A stretch of DNA of 61,797 nt, filler included, from Gonapodya sp. JEL0774 (lineage: Eukaryota): NCBI GenBank assembly GCA_027604505.1. It is 19 parts of 19 records of this genome, joined end to end, with 100 filler letters (N's around TTAATTAATTAA, not from the genome) between each part and the next. Parts side by side here need not be neighbours in the genome. Positions count along the whole stretch, not along the records: positions 1 to 3,167 come from JADIIX010001429.1; positions 3,268 to 6,434 come from JADIIX010001430.1; positions 6,535 to 9,698 come from JADIIX010001431.1; positions 9,799 to 12,962 come from JADIIX010001432.1; positions 13,063 to 16,226 come from JADIIX010001433.1; 14 more parts are not named here. The stretch is one strand, 5' to 3'. Positions 1-14,362 of this stretch are shown piece by piece (the stretch's first letter is position 1; the number at the start of each line of letters is the position of its first letter). Position numbers and translations under genes: made by a program. The notes beneath the pieces were generated by a model. That model was not told the DNA's origin and made no database searches. It saw only the letters and a list, made by a program, of their open reading frames with translations.

Positions 1-36
1 GCTAAGCTCTCCTGTGGAAACCACCTTTGCACTCAC

Positions 37-345
37 CTTTCCTTGTGAAGAGTTTGAGACACTTGGGACAAGGGAAGTTTCGTTCTCTTGTACTTCGTTT
101 GCTTCCAGACGCGTTCACGTAGTTGACCCTCTGAGTGGTATCCGGACAGAATAATCGGGAGTCTCTTCCTGTCCTTTGAAGCGGACATCAGTCACGCGTG
201 AGACAAAGGTGAAGCTCGTGGGTGAATAGCTCCATCGCTGTCGCGGATTGATGAATGAATTGCGCGTCCATCTCGCGCAAAGAACTTTGGCGTCGCGTCA
301 CTTCCTTCCCAGCACTCACCCCGCCTCGTTGAGAATTTGATCCAT
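37..345 (-). CDS. C2H2 zinc-finger protein, 5' part (exons 345-320 and 173-37), truncated by contig end
   Basis: ATG at 345, GTGAGT donor at 319, AAG acceptor at 174, GTGAGT donor at 36; phases are compatible. Spliced product MDQILNEAGTGRDSRLFCPDTTQRVNYVNASGSKRSTRERNFPCPKCLKLFTRK ends in the F-x-C-x2-C-x3-F first half of a C2H2 finger. Confidence 0.7.
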
Positions 346-1588
346 GCTGTTGTGATGTCGACGTCTGCGCTTTCTGCTGTTATGCTCAAATATGGCAAAA
401 TGGATGCTTATTGAGTTGAGACAGGGCAGACTCTCAAGGGCAAGATCCACCACACTTATTCACCATCGGCGCCTGATGGCCGCGACAAAAGCTAATCGCG
501 GAAACTCTCTCCTATTTGCCTCTGTCATACCATCACACCTTCTTTCGTAGTATGGACAGGGCAAAACCCTGCAACTCCCGGAATTCTCGACAACCAATAG
601 GTCAACATCTAACACCTTATACATCCTCAAAACGATCTGTACGATTTAACAGAGCCGTCTTCGGACTGTTTCGCCTATCCAAATGTTGTCTGTTGTGGAG
701 TGGTGGAATCTACCCTCGTTTTGATAAGGCCGCTGCGACAACCGGGCTGAAGGACGGCAATCACCCGTGTCAAGGAATGAACCAGAAAATACAATATATA
801 CATACAGTCCCATCATTCGTAATCAAAAGAACAGCTCGGGCATCAAAAATGACCCGGATGATTAGGGACATTTTGCTGTAAAATTAAGCTCACGCCTACA
901 ATTCCAGCTAGAAAGACATCACATGGAGAACATTTACGATTTTTACGTGCAAACTGATCCGGGACCTGGCGTAGTACTATTAGATTACGTTACAACGACA
1001 ACACATGCACTCATGGATTCTCTGATGATGGAAACGAAGACGGCCGAATGGCTTGGAATTATGTTTCAAGTATGTGAGAAAAATCATGCAGGAAGTAACG
1101 AGGAAATATATAATTCAAGAATCGGTAGCAGTTCTTGCCCATAATCGTCAGAATGACACAGAAATAAAAGAAAAGTTCCTTACAGCCCTTTTAGATTGTT
1201 TTGGATGCCGCACCCATATTGTAAGTTGAGAGAGAACAAGCACGATACATTTACTCAAAATACAGAAAATGGAATTAGTCCAAATGATACAGACGTAATA
1301 TGAACATTTCTCAAGGAAACTAAGATTGCGGCTGTTTTGGGTGCTCATGACGGTTACGATTCGATGTAAGTGTTCTATTCCGAACGCGGACCTTTCGGAG
1401 AAGACTTTGTCCCGGATGGTTGAGACTGAATGCGTTTGGAAAGCCATTGCTGATAGCGGGGACAATTTGTTTCTTGACACTCGGTTTCGCCTGTTCTGCA
1501 ACTGGGGCACCCGAAGTACTGTCTGTTTTCGACACTGCCTTCCATCTCGAATTTGTTGAATCTCGAAAGAGAAGAAAATTTGTGGCGC

Positions 1589-2884
1589 AAACTTGTGATA
1601 CGACCATTATTCAAGTAGTCGCGGGAGGTGGACAACATGGCCAAAATTCTGATGCTATGCAATGATATGCCGAAGATTGATGGCAGCAAAGACTCCAACA
1701 AACCTCGTATCACGATTATTCCGTTTGTCAGTCGATTTATTGACGGCCCAGCCAACCCGTCGAAAAACGAGTATCCCATTGATACAGAGCTCCACCTAAA
1801 GGCAGTGCAATGGAAGTATGCAATGATGGGCATACTCCTGGAGCACCACGTCATTTACAGACGGGAAGGGTTGAAAGACATTCCCGAAGCAATGCAACAC
1901 ACAAAGAGTGAATATTTGGGGGTGAATGATCATTCCGCTTTTCTAGACGAGTTTATTCAGGATTGTCTGATAAAAGGTGGGGGAGGGATCGTTACTGAAG
2001 ACTTGATAGCTCGCTATCGTGTGTGGGAGAAGGAGAACGGTATTAGGCATCCCGACAGTGACAAAGAGCGGATCATTTTGACGCACTTTGACAAGCTTTT
2101 GATGGACGAAAATCAGTTGGTGGACATAGAGTCCGGTGCGAAAAGAGGAAACGTTCGCAGATTCGTTGACAGTGATAAGAGGAGAAGGCAAGGGTATTCA
2201 GGGTGGGGGTGGAAAGTCGGTCTACCAGGGGTGCAAGAGAAGGGGCGGGGCGCACGCTCTGTGACATCTCTTACTAAAGAGAACATTACCAACGCTGAGT
2301 GGGTGATGGACTCCCAGACGTATGTGCATGCTGCTGTAAAGGAGAGGGATTGGATGAGCAATGCGTCTGCATCTATATTGGCTGGTGTCGTGGCGGAGGC
2401 ACAAGTAAAATATCACCTTTGCAATGGTGTTAAATATGACTGGCGTCAACTGACGCTTCAAAACACGGAAGTGGCGGCTGTGACAAGCGCGGATATTCTC
2501 TCCCTATTCACCAACCAGGAATGTTCCATCGCGGCCGCAGTGAAGTTGATCAAAAAGTTGACTCATGACGCGTACTGGGAAGCACCAACCACAAACTTCA
2601 GAATGGTGACAGCTAACCACGGAGTAGTTACCGGGCGAGTTGACTTCCATGCCAGACACGGTCGCGTAATGTACATTTTGGAGACAAAGTTCTCTAAATG
2701 TAACCTGACTTCCGGTAATCGACATTGTCGTCAAATGCTGCTATATTGGCATTGGGGTGTATCACAACCTGACGTAGATAAATGTGTCATGTTGTACTAC
2801 AACATTCGAACTGGACTGTTGGAAATGGGTAGTTTTCATAAGGAACAGCACGATCAACTCGGCGATGCTGGAGTAGACAAGTAA
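1589..2884 (+). CDS. Virus-derived fusion: C-terminal half of a D5-like SF3 primase-helicase plus winged helix, followed by a PD-(D/E)XK RecB/Cas4-like nuclease; 5'-truncated, intronless (open from 1619, ATG at 1637)
   Basis: KILMLCNDMPKID...RITIIPFVSRFIDGP..NEYPIDTELHLK..WKYAMMGILLE resembles the D5 motif C/arginine-finger region of NCLDV/Polinton-like viruses. P...TKSEY...ND..FLDEFI...YRVWEKENG...GYSGW resembles the D5 C-terminal domain. TGRVD...YILETK...HCRQMLLY...YYNIRTG is a PD-(D/E)XK core with QxxxY. Homology continues upstream through a TAG (KLVIRPLFK*SRE). Confidence 0.8.
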
Positions 2885-3167
2885 CTGGGACAAATTATAT
2901 GTGTGAAATGGACTCTATTATTGCATCTTGACAGAGTGCGGTGTCATGCTCAGAAAATGTACCGGGACTTCGAAAACATTTCTTCCTTTTGAATTGTACC
3001 TCAATGTCCGAATCGTGCAAAGCCTTTGGCGAACTTTGCAAACTGGGACTCCAACACGGTGGGAGTGAGTGATAGACAGGACGGTCGTTATTTGTATGAT
3101 TTCCGTACATAATCTGTGGGCTATGAGCACGCCTGCAAGTACGTACGCCTGCCAGCTGGATAGTTCT

Positions 3168-3267
3168 NNNNNNNNNNNNNNNNNNNNNNNNNNNNNNNNN
3201 NNNNNNNNNNNTTAATTAATTAANNNNNNNNNNNNNNNNNNNNNNNNNNNNNNNNNNNNNNNNNNNN
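3168..3267. other. Artificial contig-joining linker N44-TTAATTAATTAA-N44; 18 copies starting at 3168, 6435, 9699, 12963, 16227, 19489, 22751, 26013, 29273, 32533, 35793, 39050, 42306, 45558, 48809, 52059, 55308, 58554
   Basis: Identical six-frame stop cassette in N runs, separating pieces of steadily decreasing length; genes are cut at these points. Confidence 0.99.
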
Positions 3268-3739
3268 ACCAATCAACCAAGAAACACTCTCGCTACCACG
3301 GTAGGGGATGCGCAGTTTCACCCCTCGCTCCCCAAAATGCACAAACTCTACGGTAACGGCCTCTTCCTAAATTTCAATAAATGATCATACGATTTTATAA
3401 CGCGGTATGCCAGAAAAAAGTCTCACCCGTTGATCCAACGCTGCAGACGTGATCTCGCTGCGAGATAGTTCAGCGGCCAACACCGAACCCTCCACTTCCA
3501 CGTTGGGATTTTCGCTCCTAGATCGGGGAAACACCCGGTGGGATATGTTGGCCGCGCGAAAGCATCATAGCAACAATTTAAAAGTCCACACACTCGAGTG
3601 GAAAGTTCATGACATCGTCATCGAGACTGGAACCAAAACCGTAAGGATCTGACGCTGGTTGCTTCTCTGGTACCGCACGGGCAGGTCTGACAAGTAACAT
3701 GAGCAGAAAACAAGATAAACGGCGCTATAAGCTGGTTGC

Positions 3740-6434
3740 TCACTTGCCCGCATCATTCCCGAGAGTTCTCGAGTCTAGGCACCTCGAACTCTCGAACCCC
3801 ATGGGAACCGGATCAAGTTTGTTGACGAAAATTTGTCGGTCCTCCTCTTTTCGTATTTGCCGCTCGTTCGTCACTTCTCGTGCTTCCACTTCGTCTTCAT
3901 CAGAGGAACTTCGGTGCCGCGGCCGCTTCAAACGTCTTCGGCGAGTGGCGTGTAACAGGTCTTCCTCGCCAGACTCGTCTTCAACCTGCCGAGTTCGAGT
4001 TCAGGGTACAATATCAAACTGATGGTTGGATGAAAGGGCACGTAAAGTTCGCGGTCTTACCAAATTGTAGAGGGCGGGTTGCTGCTTTATGTCTTGTTTA
4101 TCTTGTTGATCCAACTGAACGCAATTGTCCAAGTATTAAACAATCCGGCCTCTCAACAACACACTGTCTATCCGTACCTCTAAGCCATCGCTTGCAAGAT
4201 TGCTGCTTTCTGGGTTCGAGCCAACACTTCCAAGCTCTCCCTCGTCCGCATCCTGATCAAGCTGGCCGTAAGAATAAATATTCAAAGGTGAGTACACTTG
4301 ATCATCTCTTCGAGTCCGCAAACTCATTTCCTAACATACCAAATTCACGACCTCGACCCCTTTCTCGAGCTCCACCGCCTTCTTTTCTGCCTCCTTAGCC
4401 AGGGCTTTGAATCCGAACCGTCGATGCGACGACGCGAGGCCTTTATAAGCAGCTGCAGACAGAATGTCGTCTTCGACTTTCGTCGCGTATATTGCAAGAT
4501 CCTCAAAAGCGCTGACGAGGGTGGGGTGGGTGATCTAGAGAAGCGTTCGAAGAGTTGTGTTTACCTGTGGTTACGAAGAGCATTTTCATCCAAGAACTCA
4601 CCCCTCCTGCACCGCTCTCATATTCTGCTATAGCGAGCAATGCGTTAGCGAAGACGGCCTGCGCTTGTGCGCGAAAGTGCACTGTGGGCAGTTTCGTCTT
4701 CATGAGTGATTCTGCGACCTGTCGTGCCTCCGAACGCTTTTTAACTTTGAGCAAAACTTCGCCTTCATAAATTTTTCGCACGAGGATGGCATTAGCCGAG
4801 GAAGAATGGAGTGCGGTGAGAAGAACGCTCACCGAGCTTGATGTGAACTGTCGCGGAGAGTTTATCCTCTAGGGGGGACTTCGTCCTCTGTAAAATCGCG
4901 ACCGCCTCTCGGAGATGAACTAGTGACTTCTCTGACATCCCTGCTTCCCTAGATGGTATATGGCGATCGTCATATCTGAAGTGTCCCCGTGAAATACCAT
5001 GCTCGGAAACATTACCACTAACATGTTCAAGTCCGCCACTTTCAAGAGCACCGGAACCGCTTCCACCTTCCTCCCTATCCTCGCGGCCTCCTGTTCGAAG
5101 CTACGGATCGCGCGACTTCGTGACACGAGGGATTGCAGTTCTTCGACCTCTTTCTGGGCCTGCTCGAGTTCGACGGGGAGATCATTTTGGCGGGCGACAT
5201 CTGAGATCAATTGTGAAAGAGTAAGGACACGTGAGTGTGTCGTGTGCGTGTAGATGAGAAACAGGAGGGAATGTGAAGGTTACCGCGAGAAATCTTCGCT
5301 TCTGCGATGGCCTTGTCGATTTGGTTGAGCTCCCGATAACACGTAGCTGACACCAACGAAGGGCGAAAGCGAAAGCTTTAAAGGGTTGTGGCGATGGGCG
5401 GGAGAAAACGATCAAACGTACCCAAGTTGAGCCGCAACGAGCACTCTGAAATGAAATCGTTCTTGTCTTTGTAGACGAGGGCGTTCACGAAGCACTTAAT
5501 GACAAAGACCCGTTGAAATTAATGGGACAAAAGAAAAGCAGATGAAGCTCAAGCGTGACAGGGCTCTCACCTTGAGCGCCCCGTTCACATCGCCCTTCTC
5601 TTCGAGCAAGAGGATTCCCATGTTCTCCTCAATCCGAAACCGCCGATCATTATCTTCTTCAACTGGTGTCACAGTGTGTGAGTAGATTATCGACGCATTT
5701 ATGCCAAACTTTATTCGGCCGAGTGACTTACGGGAGGCGCTTTCCACGAGCGCTTGACATCGTTTGTAGTGCTTCCAGGCCTCGTCGAAATTTCGGAGTC
5801 CACGGCAGCAGATACCACGACTGAGCTCGATGTCGAATTCCATGCGGGATTTGGCATCGACTATGAAAGGGTATGCACAAGAGCGGTAGGCTGCAAAGAA
5901 GCCCGCGAAATCTAAGTTGCATTGTCTCGTACCATGCATTCCAGTCAAACACGAGGACAGAACGTCAAGTTTATAGCATGCGTTCAGAGCTGCCTCGTAT
6001 GAAGCATCAGCGATAGCCTCATCCTCGGTTCTGCGTGCGAAATAGACAGGCGGAGTGGAGTGTAAACGAAGCCCCTTGCTGAGTACCTTGACAAGGTGAA
6101 ATAAGCTCACTCAGCACGTGCTTGCAGGGTTACAACCTCGGATAGCCACGATTCCACAATGTCAGCGGATGAGCGAAGATTTTCGGCGAGAGGGCGAGCG
6201 GCTTGGGCGTGCTTTAGAGCGAGGTTGAACTTGTTGAGCCTTGCGTTTTCAGGTAGACTGTTAGCTACGGCGAGTGGAGGGGAGGCGAATTTGAATACAA
6301 ACTCGCGATATGTTCGAGCAAGAAGTAGATGGGCTCTGGGGACGAAAGCATTTAATTAGAATGGAGAAATATGAATGCCTGGTCCGTTCCATTGCCACGA
6401 TCACTCACTGAATCTGCTGTGGAATCTTCTTTGC
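3740..6434 (-). CDS. Multi-exon TPR-repeat protein, partial (possibly Tonsoku/TONSL-like); boundaries approximate
   Basis: Helical TPR-like segments (RAHLLLARTYREF; LSRGICCRGLRNFDEAWKHYKRC; EENMGILLLEEKGDVNGALK) followed by an acidic/basic disordered segment; GT-AG boundaries. Confidence 0.5.
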
Positions 6435-6534
6435 NNNNNNNNNNNNNNNNNNNNNNNNNNNNNNNNNNNNNNNNNNNNTTAATTAATTAANNNNNNNNNN
6501 NNNNNNNNNNNNNNNNNNNNNNNNNNNNNNNNNN

Positions 6535-9237
<2,703 letters not shown>

Positions 9238-9464
9238 TGCAGAAGGAGTAGACAAGCGAGAGGAGAGAAGGGGCGGGAAGGGGAGAGAAGGGGAAAGACG
9301 TCTGTGCAGCGTTTGAATCAATCAAATCATATCAACTTTGGTGGTGGTGCTGAATGTGCGGCTGTGGTCGGCATAGCTGTGGTCGAGTGCACAGTCCACC
9401 GCTCCCCCGCTTCCCCCGCACTTCCCCACTTCCCCACTTCCCCCCTTCAAACTCGGCCCACGCG

Positions 9465-9690
9465 ATGCAGCCTCAATCCAACAGCCCAAACCGCCAACCT
9501 GCCCAGTCCCACTCCCAGTCCCATCCCCACTCCCAACAACCCCAGGCCCAGGGCCACACCAATAACAAGCACAAGCAGCAGAACCAGAAGAAGAAACCCA
9601 CACCTGAGGAACTCTCCCTCCTCATAAACTCAAAGATTTCCGAGCTCCAGACTGAGCAAAAGTCAATCGAGGAGGAGGAGGATGAATTAG
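9465..9690 (+). CDS. First exon of a coiled-coil protein, probably taxilin family; divergent from the WD40 gene
   Basis: Q/H-rich N-terminus then KKKPTPEELSLLINSKISELQTEQKSIEEEEDEL; GTACGT donor at 9691. Confidence 0.55.
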
Positions 9691-9816
9691 GTACGTGANN
9701 NNNNNNNNNNNNNNNNNNNNNNNNNNNNNNNNNNNNNNNNNNTTAATTAATTAANNNNNNNNNNNNNNNNNNNNNNNNNNNNNNNNNNNNNNNNNNNNAA
9801 ACGGCAAACGGCTTAC

Positions 9817-10133
9817 CTGCACTTGTTCCCACAACAGTAACCTCTGTCCAAATGCGTTAACGCTGTAAAAACCATATAGCCCGTGGCAGGGTCAGTGTAC
9901 GTGCGATCACCCCTCTATAGTTCCGTCGTCCCGCCGAATGACCGAGGAGTTGAAACGTTCAAGAGCCGAGAATGGGAGTCTCATTCAGCGTTCAGCGTTC
10001 GGAATCAAAATCCATCCATCACTACGATATAAAATCTCACCGCAATTGCCGCTTTATGGATTTCCTCGAGATCCGGCAATACATCGACGGTCGGCGGAAC
10101 TGGTGCGGTCGTACTAGTGGCAGGTGAAGACAT
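9817..10133 (-). CDS. DUF5522 / C1orf53-like small Cys-rich protein (exons 10133-10041 and 9914-9817), 3'-truncated
   Basis: Spliced: ...DLEEIHKAAIA|RGDRTYTDPATGYMVFTALTHLDRGYCCGNKCR, matching the Y-x-DP-x-TGY-x-VFT...HL-x-RG-x-CCG-x2-CR signature. Confidence 0.85.
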
Positions 10134-11132
10134 TCTATTCGCTAGTGTCGATGCAGGCGCGCACAAAACGCGCGAGAATGGCACAATGTTACGGAACGAG
10201 GGAGCGGAATGCGAGAGGGACCGATGCCAGTCCCGGCAGCGTCGAATGTTGAATGAAATTGTGTGAGTGATTCGCATCGGGTATCTGCTCGGATCATGCC
10301 CAAGTTGAGGGGGCTAGTGCCTCTCACGTCAGCACAAAAGCAACAAGCGTCACGGCCATACGAAAATTTACCAACATTAGAGATCCTACGAACATCGAGT
10401 TTTTGTTGGTGTTGCGGCACCCAAGCTCTTCAGCCTTAACAGGTCGCCTTAGCCAAACCTGCTATTCTACAGTTTCTAGGTTTTCATTACTACTCTTGAG
10501 TAGCACTGCCAGGAAATTGTTTTGTGCCCAATGTGATTTCTGTTGATCATATGTAGGAAATCCACCTCTAAGAAGTCCGACAGGGCAGACATAAGCCCGA
10601 CGTAGGTGAAAACGCATGAATGTATCCACGTAAGTCAAAATTGCTCAAATTTGAAGTTACATGTAACGTTCCTTGCGAGTGGCTTATCGGATATCTGGAT
10701 CTGTGCTGACAAAGTACGGAGAGTTGTCAACAACAGTGACATCGAGCTGCCGCTGATAACCCATTCTCGTTCGGAGAGCAGATCCCGCAAACAAGACAGG
10801 TAATCACGTGGTTGCTCAGAGAGATGTGGGGTTGGCGTTTAGCGCACTAGCGACCTCCTCGATATTGATAGTTTGTTGAAAGGTGGTCGAGCCGTGGACA
10901 GAGTGAACTGGAGGGAATCGAGCCATTGAATTCAACGAAAACGGTAGTGGCTCCTTTCTTTCAGTCTTCGAGCTATCCCTGATGAGCGCACTCAAGATAC
11001 GACTGTTTTGTTGACAGGTGAGATCCCAGCGAAGCCGTTGACCTTGTTGCTCCTACTCTTCGGCACTATCCGGCACGACTTCTGTCCCGTTGGTCACCCG
11101 TGAACGGAGCGGAAGAAAGGTTCCCACACTCC

Positions 11133-11432
11133 CTGTCTCCTGCGGTCTCCGAGTAATCTCCTGATTGACTCTTTGGGGGAAAACGAAAGAAGGTGGTGGG
11201 CATCAGGGTTTGGAGGCGAAGCGAGGCACGTCAACTCTCGACACAAGGCAGCCTGATCGAGTCATCTTCAACACACCTGACCCGTTAAGTACCCGTGAAC
11301 GCTGCCTGTCTCCTGTGGTCTCCGAGTAATCTCCTGGCCGGCTCGCCGGGGGGAAACGAAAGGAGGAGGCGGGCACGAGCGTGTGGAACCGTAGCGAGGC
11401 ACGTCAACTCTCGGCACAAAGCAGCCTGATCA
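11133..11432. repeat. Diverged direct repeat, two copies of about 128 nt (approx. 11133-11260 and 11305-11432)
   Basis: Shared blocks cctgtctcctg(c/t)ggtctccgagtaatctcctg and agcgaggcacgtcaactctcg(a/g)cacaa(g/a)gcagcctgatc flank a more diverged middle. Confidence 0.85.
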
Positions 11433-13062
11433 AATCAACTCTCCACAGTCCATCTGCCTCGTTGATTTCATCGGAGGGACGTGATGTGCTTGCACAACGT
11501 GAAGTCGTTACTCGACTGGTGTTCCTGCTCCTTTGTAGAGCGTTTGCCGTTTCGTCTTGAACAACTTGACTCTCCAAGGCACTTCATTCATATTTTTGGT
11601 GCTGGTAGTCCTTTCGGCGCCTCGGGGTAGAGGGAACCCCGATGTATCGATCACTCGGAACAGGGAGTCTGGAATGGTGAAGCTCGAGTCCCTGTGAAGT
11701 ATGCATCTTGCGTCTCGTCACAGAAGTCCCGTTCCGATGTTTCATTGCGGCTATATCGGTCGTTCGTTCGAGGGTGGGAAAAGTGGGAGCAATGATGCTC
11801 GCAAGTGTTTTCGGGTTCGATTCTTCGACGGTCCTCAGACGGGGCGACCGATATGGAAAAAAGAAAGGCCTCCGTTCCCGTACCGTTGTACCGCTCGCTC
11901 GTGAGGTGGAGTCCGAAGCCTGTACGAGGGAACCGACATGGTATTGTTTCAGAATGTGAACTCCCGATCGACACACACCGTACCGGCTACAGAAGAGCCG
12001 AGGACAAACACTGGAGAATCCATCGCCCGTTTGTCGGGGAAACGAGTGGGAAAAAGGCGGAGGAAGGAACGGACAAGGACAAAGCATACCGGGAGGGCCC
12101 GTATAGGTCACGACCTCATCGTCCACGCTTTGGACCAGAAGTATGGGCATGGCGAGCTTGCCTTACCCGCCGCAACAGATCTTGTCGATCCACTCCTCGT
12201 GCCAGGTGCTCGTGAAGTAAACATGCTCAGGTCGTTGAACAGACCGTCCAGTGTCGAGCGAGTGAGCGAATCGGTCAGCGCCCGCACGTTTTTCACATCA
12301 TTTCATTATTGGGATGGTCCGAAGCAGGTGTGGATGTACGCCGGATGAAGGAATCGCCAGATTGGGAGTGGGGGTCGGAAGGGAGGGTTGAGAGAAGTCG
12401 CCAGTTCTTACGGGTAGAGAAAGCGGAAGCGGAAAGTGCCGAGAAACCAGTGAATAGTATCATGGAACGATTTCGAAGAGGAGATGGGCGCGGAAGCGTC
12501 GGATGTGTTTTGGATGGAACAAGGTGGGGGTTGGGCGATCCCAAACCGCACTTTCGAAACCCACACCAGGCAATGATTGTTCAATTTGAATGAAAGAAGC
12601 GCTGAAATGAGCGCGACGAGTATCTGTATGTCGAGAGAGTATTGAGACGGGTTGGGACACGGTTATTTTCATGTGCAATACGTATCTAGTCACAATTTCT
12701 ATTTCACCTTTCATCACAATACCGTAAAGGTCAGCTATGCTACAGATCACATATCAATGTACAGTACTCTAGTCCTAGATAGTAAAGGGAACAGGTCCAG
12801 CAATTGCTCGGCAGGCCAAATCCATCCTACAACCAGCGACGGACCAACAAACTAATCCATTCTCTAGAAACATTGATACTAGACTTAAGTAGCTGTAAAG
12901 TCAATGGTACTGCAGACGCGAATCAAAATTAACTCTGAGCAGTGGTGACGTCTGACGATTGANNNNNNNNNNNNNNNNNNNNNNNNNNNNNNNNNNNNNN
13001 NNNNNNTTAATTAATTAANNNNNNNNNNNNNNNNNNNNNNNNNNNNNNNNNNNNNNNNNNNN

Positions 13063-14362
13063 GGTGTCGGAGCCGCCCTGTCGCGCCCGGGAAGTGGCAT
13101 GCCCGGAGGAGGTGGGAGACCCGGGGGAGCAGGTTGGGCATCGTTAACGCTCCGAGGTGGAGGTGGCGGAATAGCGTGAGATGGGTAACGACCGCCAGAC
13201 TGCTGATCCATTCTTGGGTACTGTGACTGGACGGGAGGGTACGTTGCTGCTTGACCGTACCCCATCTGTGGGGGCATCGCGGCACTTTGTGGTGGTTCTG
13301 GCCCACGGGGTGCTGACGGGGGGGCTCGCCGGCCTTGGCTACCTTGAGGACGGGGCGGCAACGGTTGTGCGTTGGATCCTGACATGGGTGGGGGCCTTCC
13401 GTAAGTTGATTGAGCTTGAGGGGCTTGTGCGTATGCTTGTTGCTGGGGTTGTGGATAGCCATACCCTTGACCTGCCGCTACTGGAGCGCCATATGGCTGA
13501 GCGGCAGCAGCCCCGTAGGGTTGTGCCGCAGCAGTTGGAGCATAGGGTTGCTGCACGTAGCCAGCGGCGTACTGCTGAGGGGCCGCAGCCGTCGGATAAG
13601 GTTGTGCTGCTGCTGGTGTGGCTGAGGGCCGGTACTGCTGGGCGTTGGGGTTTGAGTACACGGCCTGTTGGTAAGGCTGTGCCGGATTGGGGTACGCGCC
13701 GTACTGGGCTTGTTGCACAGGATACTGAGTGGCCGGTGCTGCGGCAGGTGTATAGGAGTACCCGGCTGTTGGCTGCGCAGCTTGAGGAGTTCCACTTGGG
13801 TAGGCCGCTGCCGGGTAGCTCGCCTGGAAGATCAGAAGAGAGGAGTAACAATCAAAGCTACGACTTAAAAAGTAGAGAACATCATATACGTACGGGCGGT
13901 CTGTTTCCTGGTCCGTAACCTGCCGCGGCTTGGGTCGGCTGTTGTTGTTGTGCAGGATACCCTGCAACGCGACACGAGAGAACGTTCTTCAATACAGTTT
14001 GTCAGTGAAATTTTATTGCTAGACAGAACACACCGTAAGCTCCTGCAAGATTGGGGCAAACAAACGATGAACCTTTAGGGCTTGCCCTCAGTGTCATTTC
14101 GTGCAAACGTTGAACTCACCAGTAGCTCCGGCGGTTTGCTGCGCTTGCTGAGAGGCATAGTACGCCTGCAACACGAGTGGACCAAGAGGGGTGCCGAAAC
14201 AGGTCAAATTCGTGTTCAGTTCCCAATCGGGGCTTCGCGCCGATAAAACCCGGACACCGCGTTCGGGATCGGCTTTTCGCCACACAAACTCACATTCCAG
14301 GCGGCCCAGTCGTACTGCTGCTGTTGGCCGCCAGCGGCGGGCTGCGCGTAAGGCGTTTGCAT
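13063..14362 (-). CDS. P/Q/A/Y-rich low-complexity (prion-like) protein, N-terminal exons, 3'-truncated
   Basis: MQTPYAQPAAGGQQQQYDWAAWN | AYYASQQAQQTAGAT | GYPAQQQQ... | long QPY/AAAQPYG exon, with GT-AG introns. Confidence 0.75.

Noticed and set aside
1616..1618. TAG read-through or an alternative genetic code as explanation for the D5 stop
   Set aside because: Other genes here appear to end at TAG (e.g. 46395, 37240) and conserved exons lack internal TAR codons, so the standard code fits.
2240..2884. Cas4-like nuclease as evidence of a CRISPR system
   Set aside because: No repeat-spacer array or other cas genes are visible, and no clear four-Cys Fe-S motif; a generic PD-(D/E)XK call is all that is supported.
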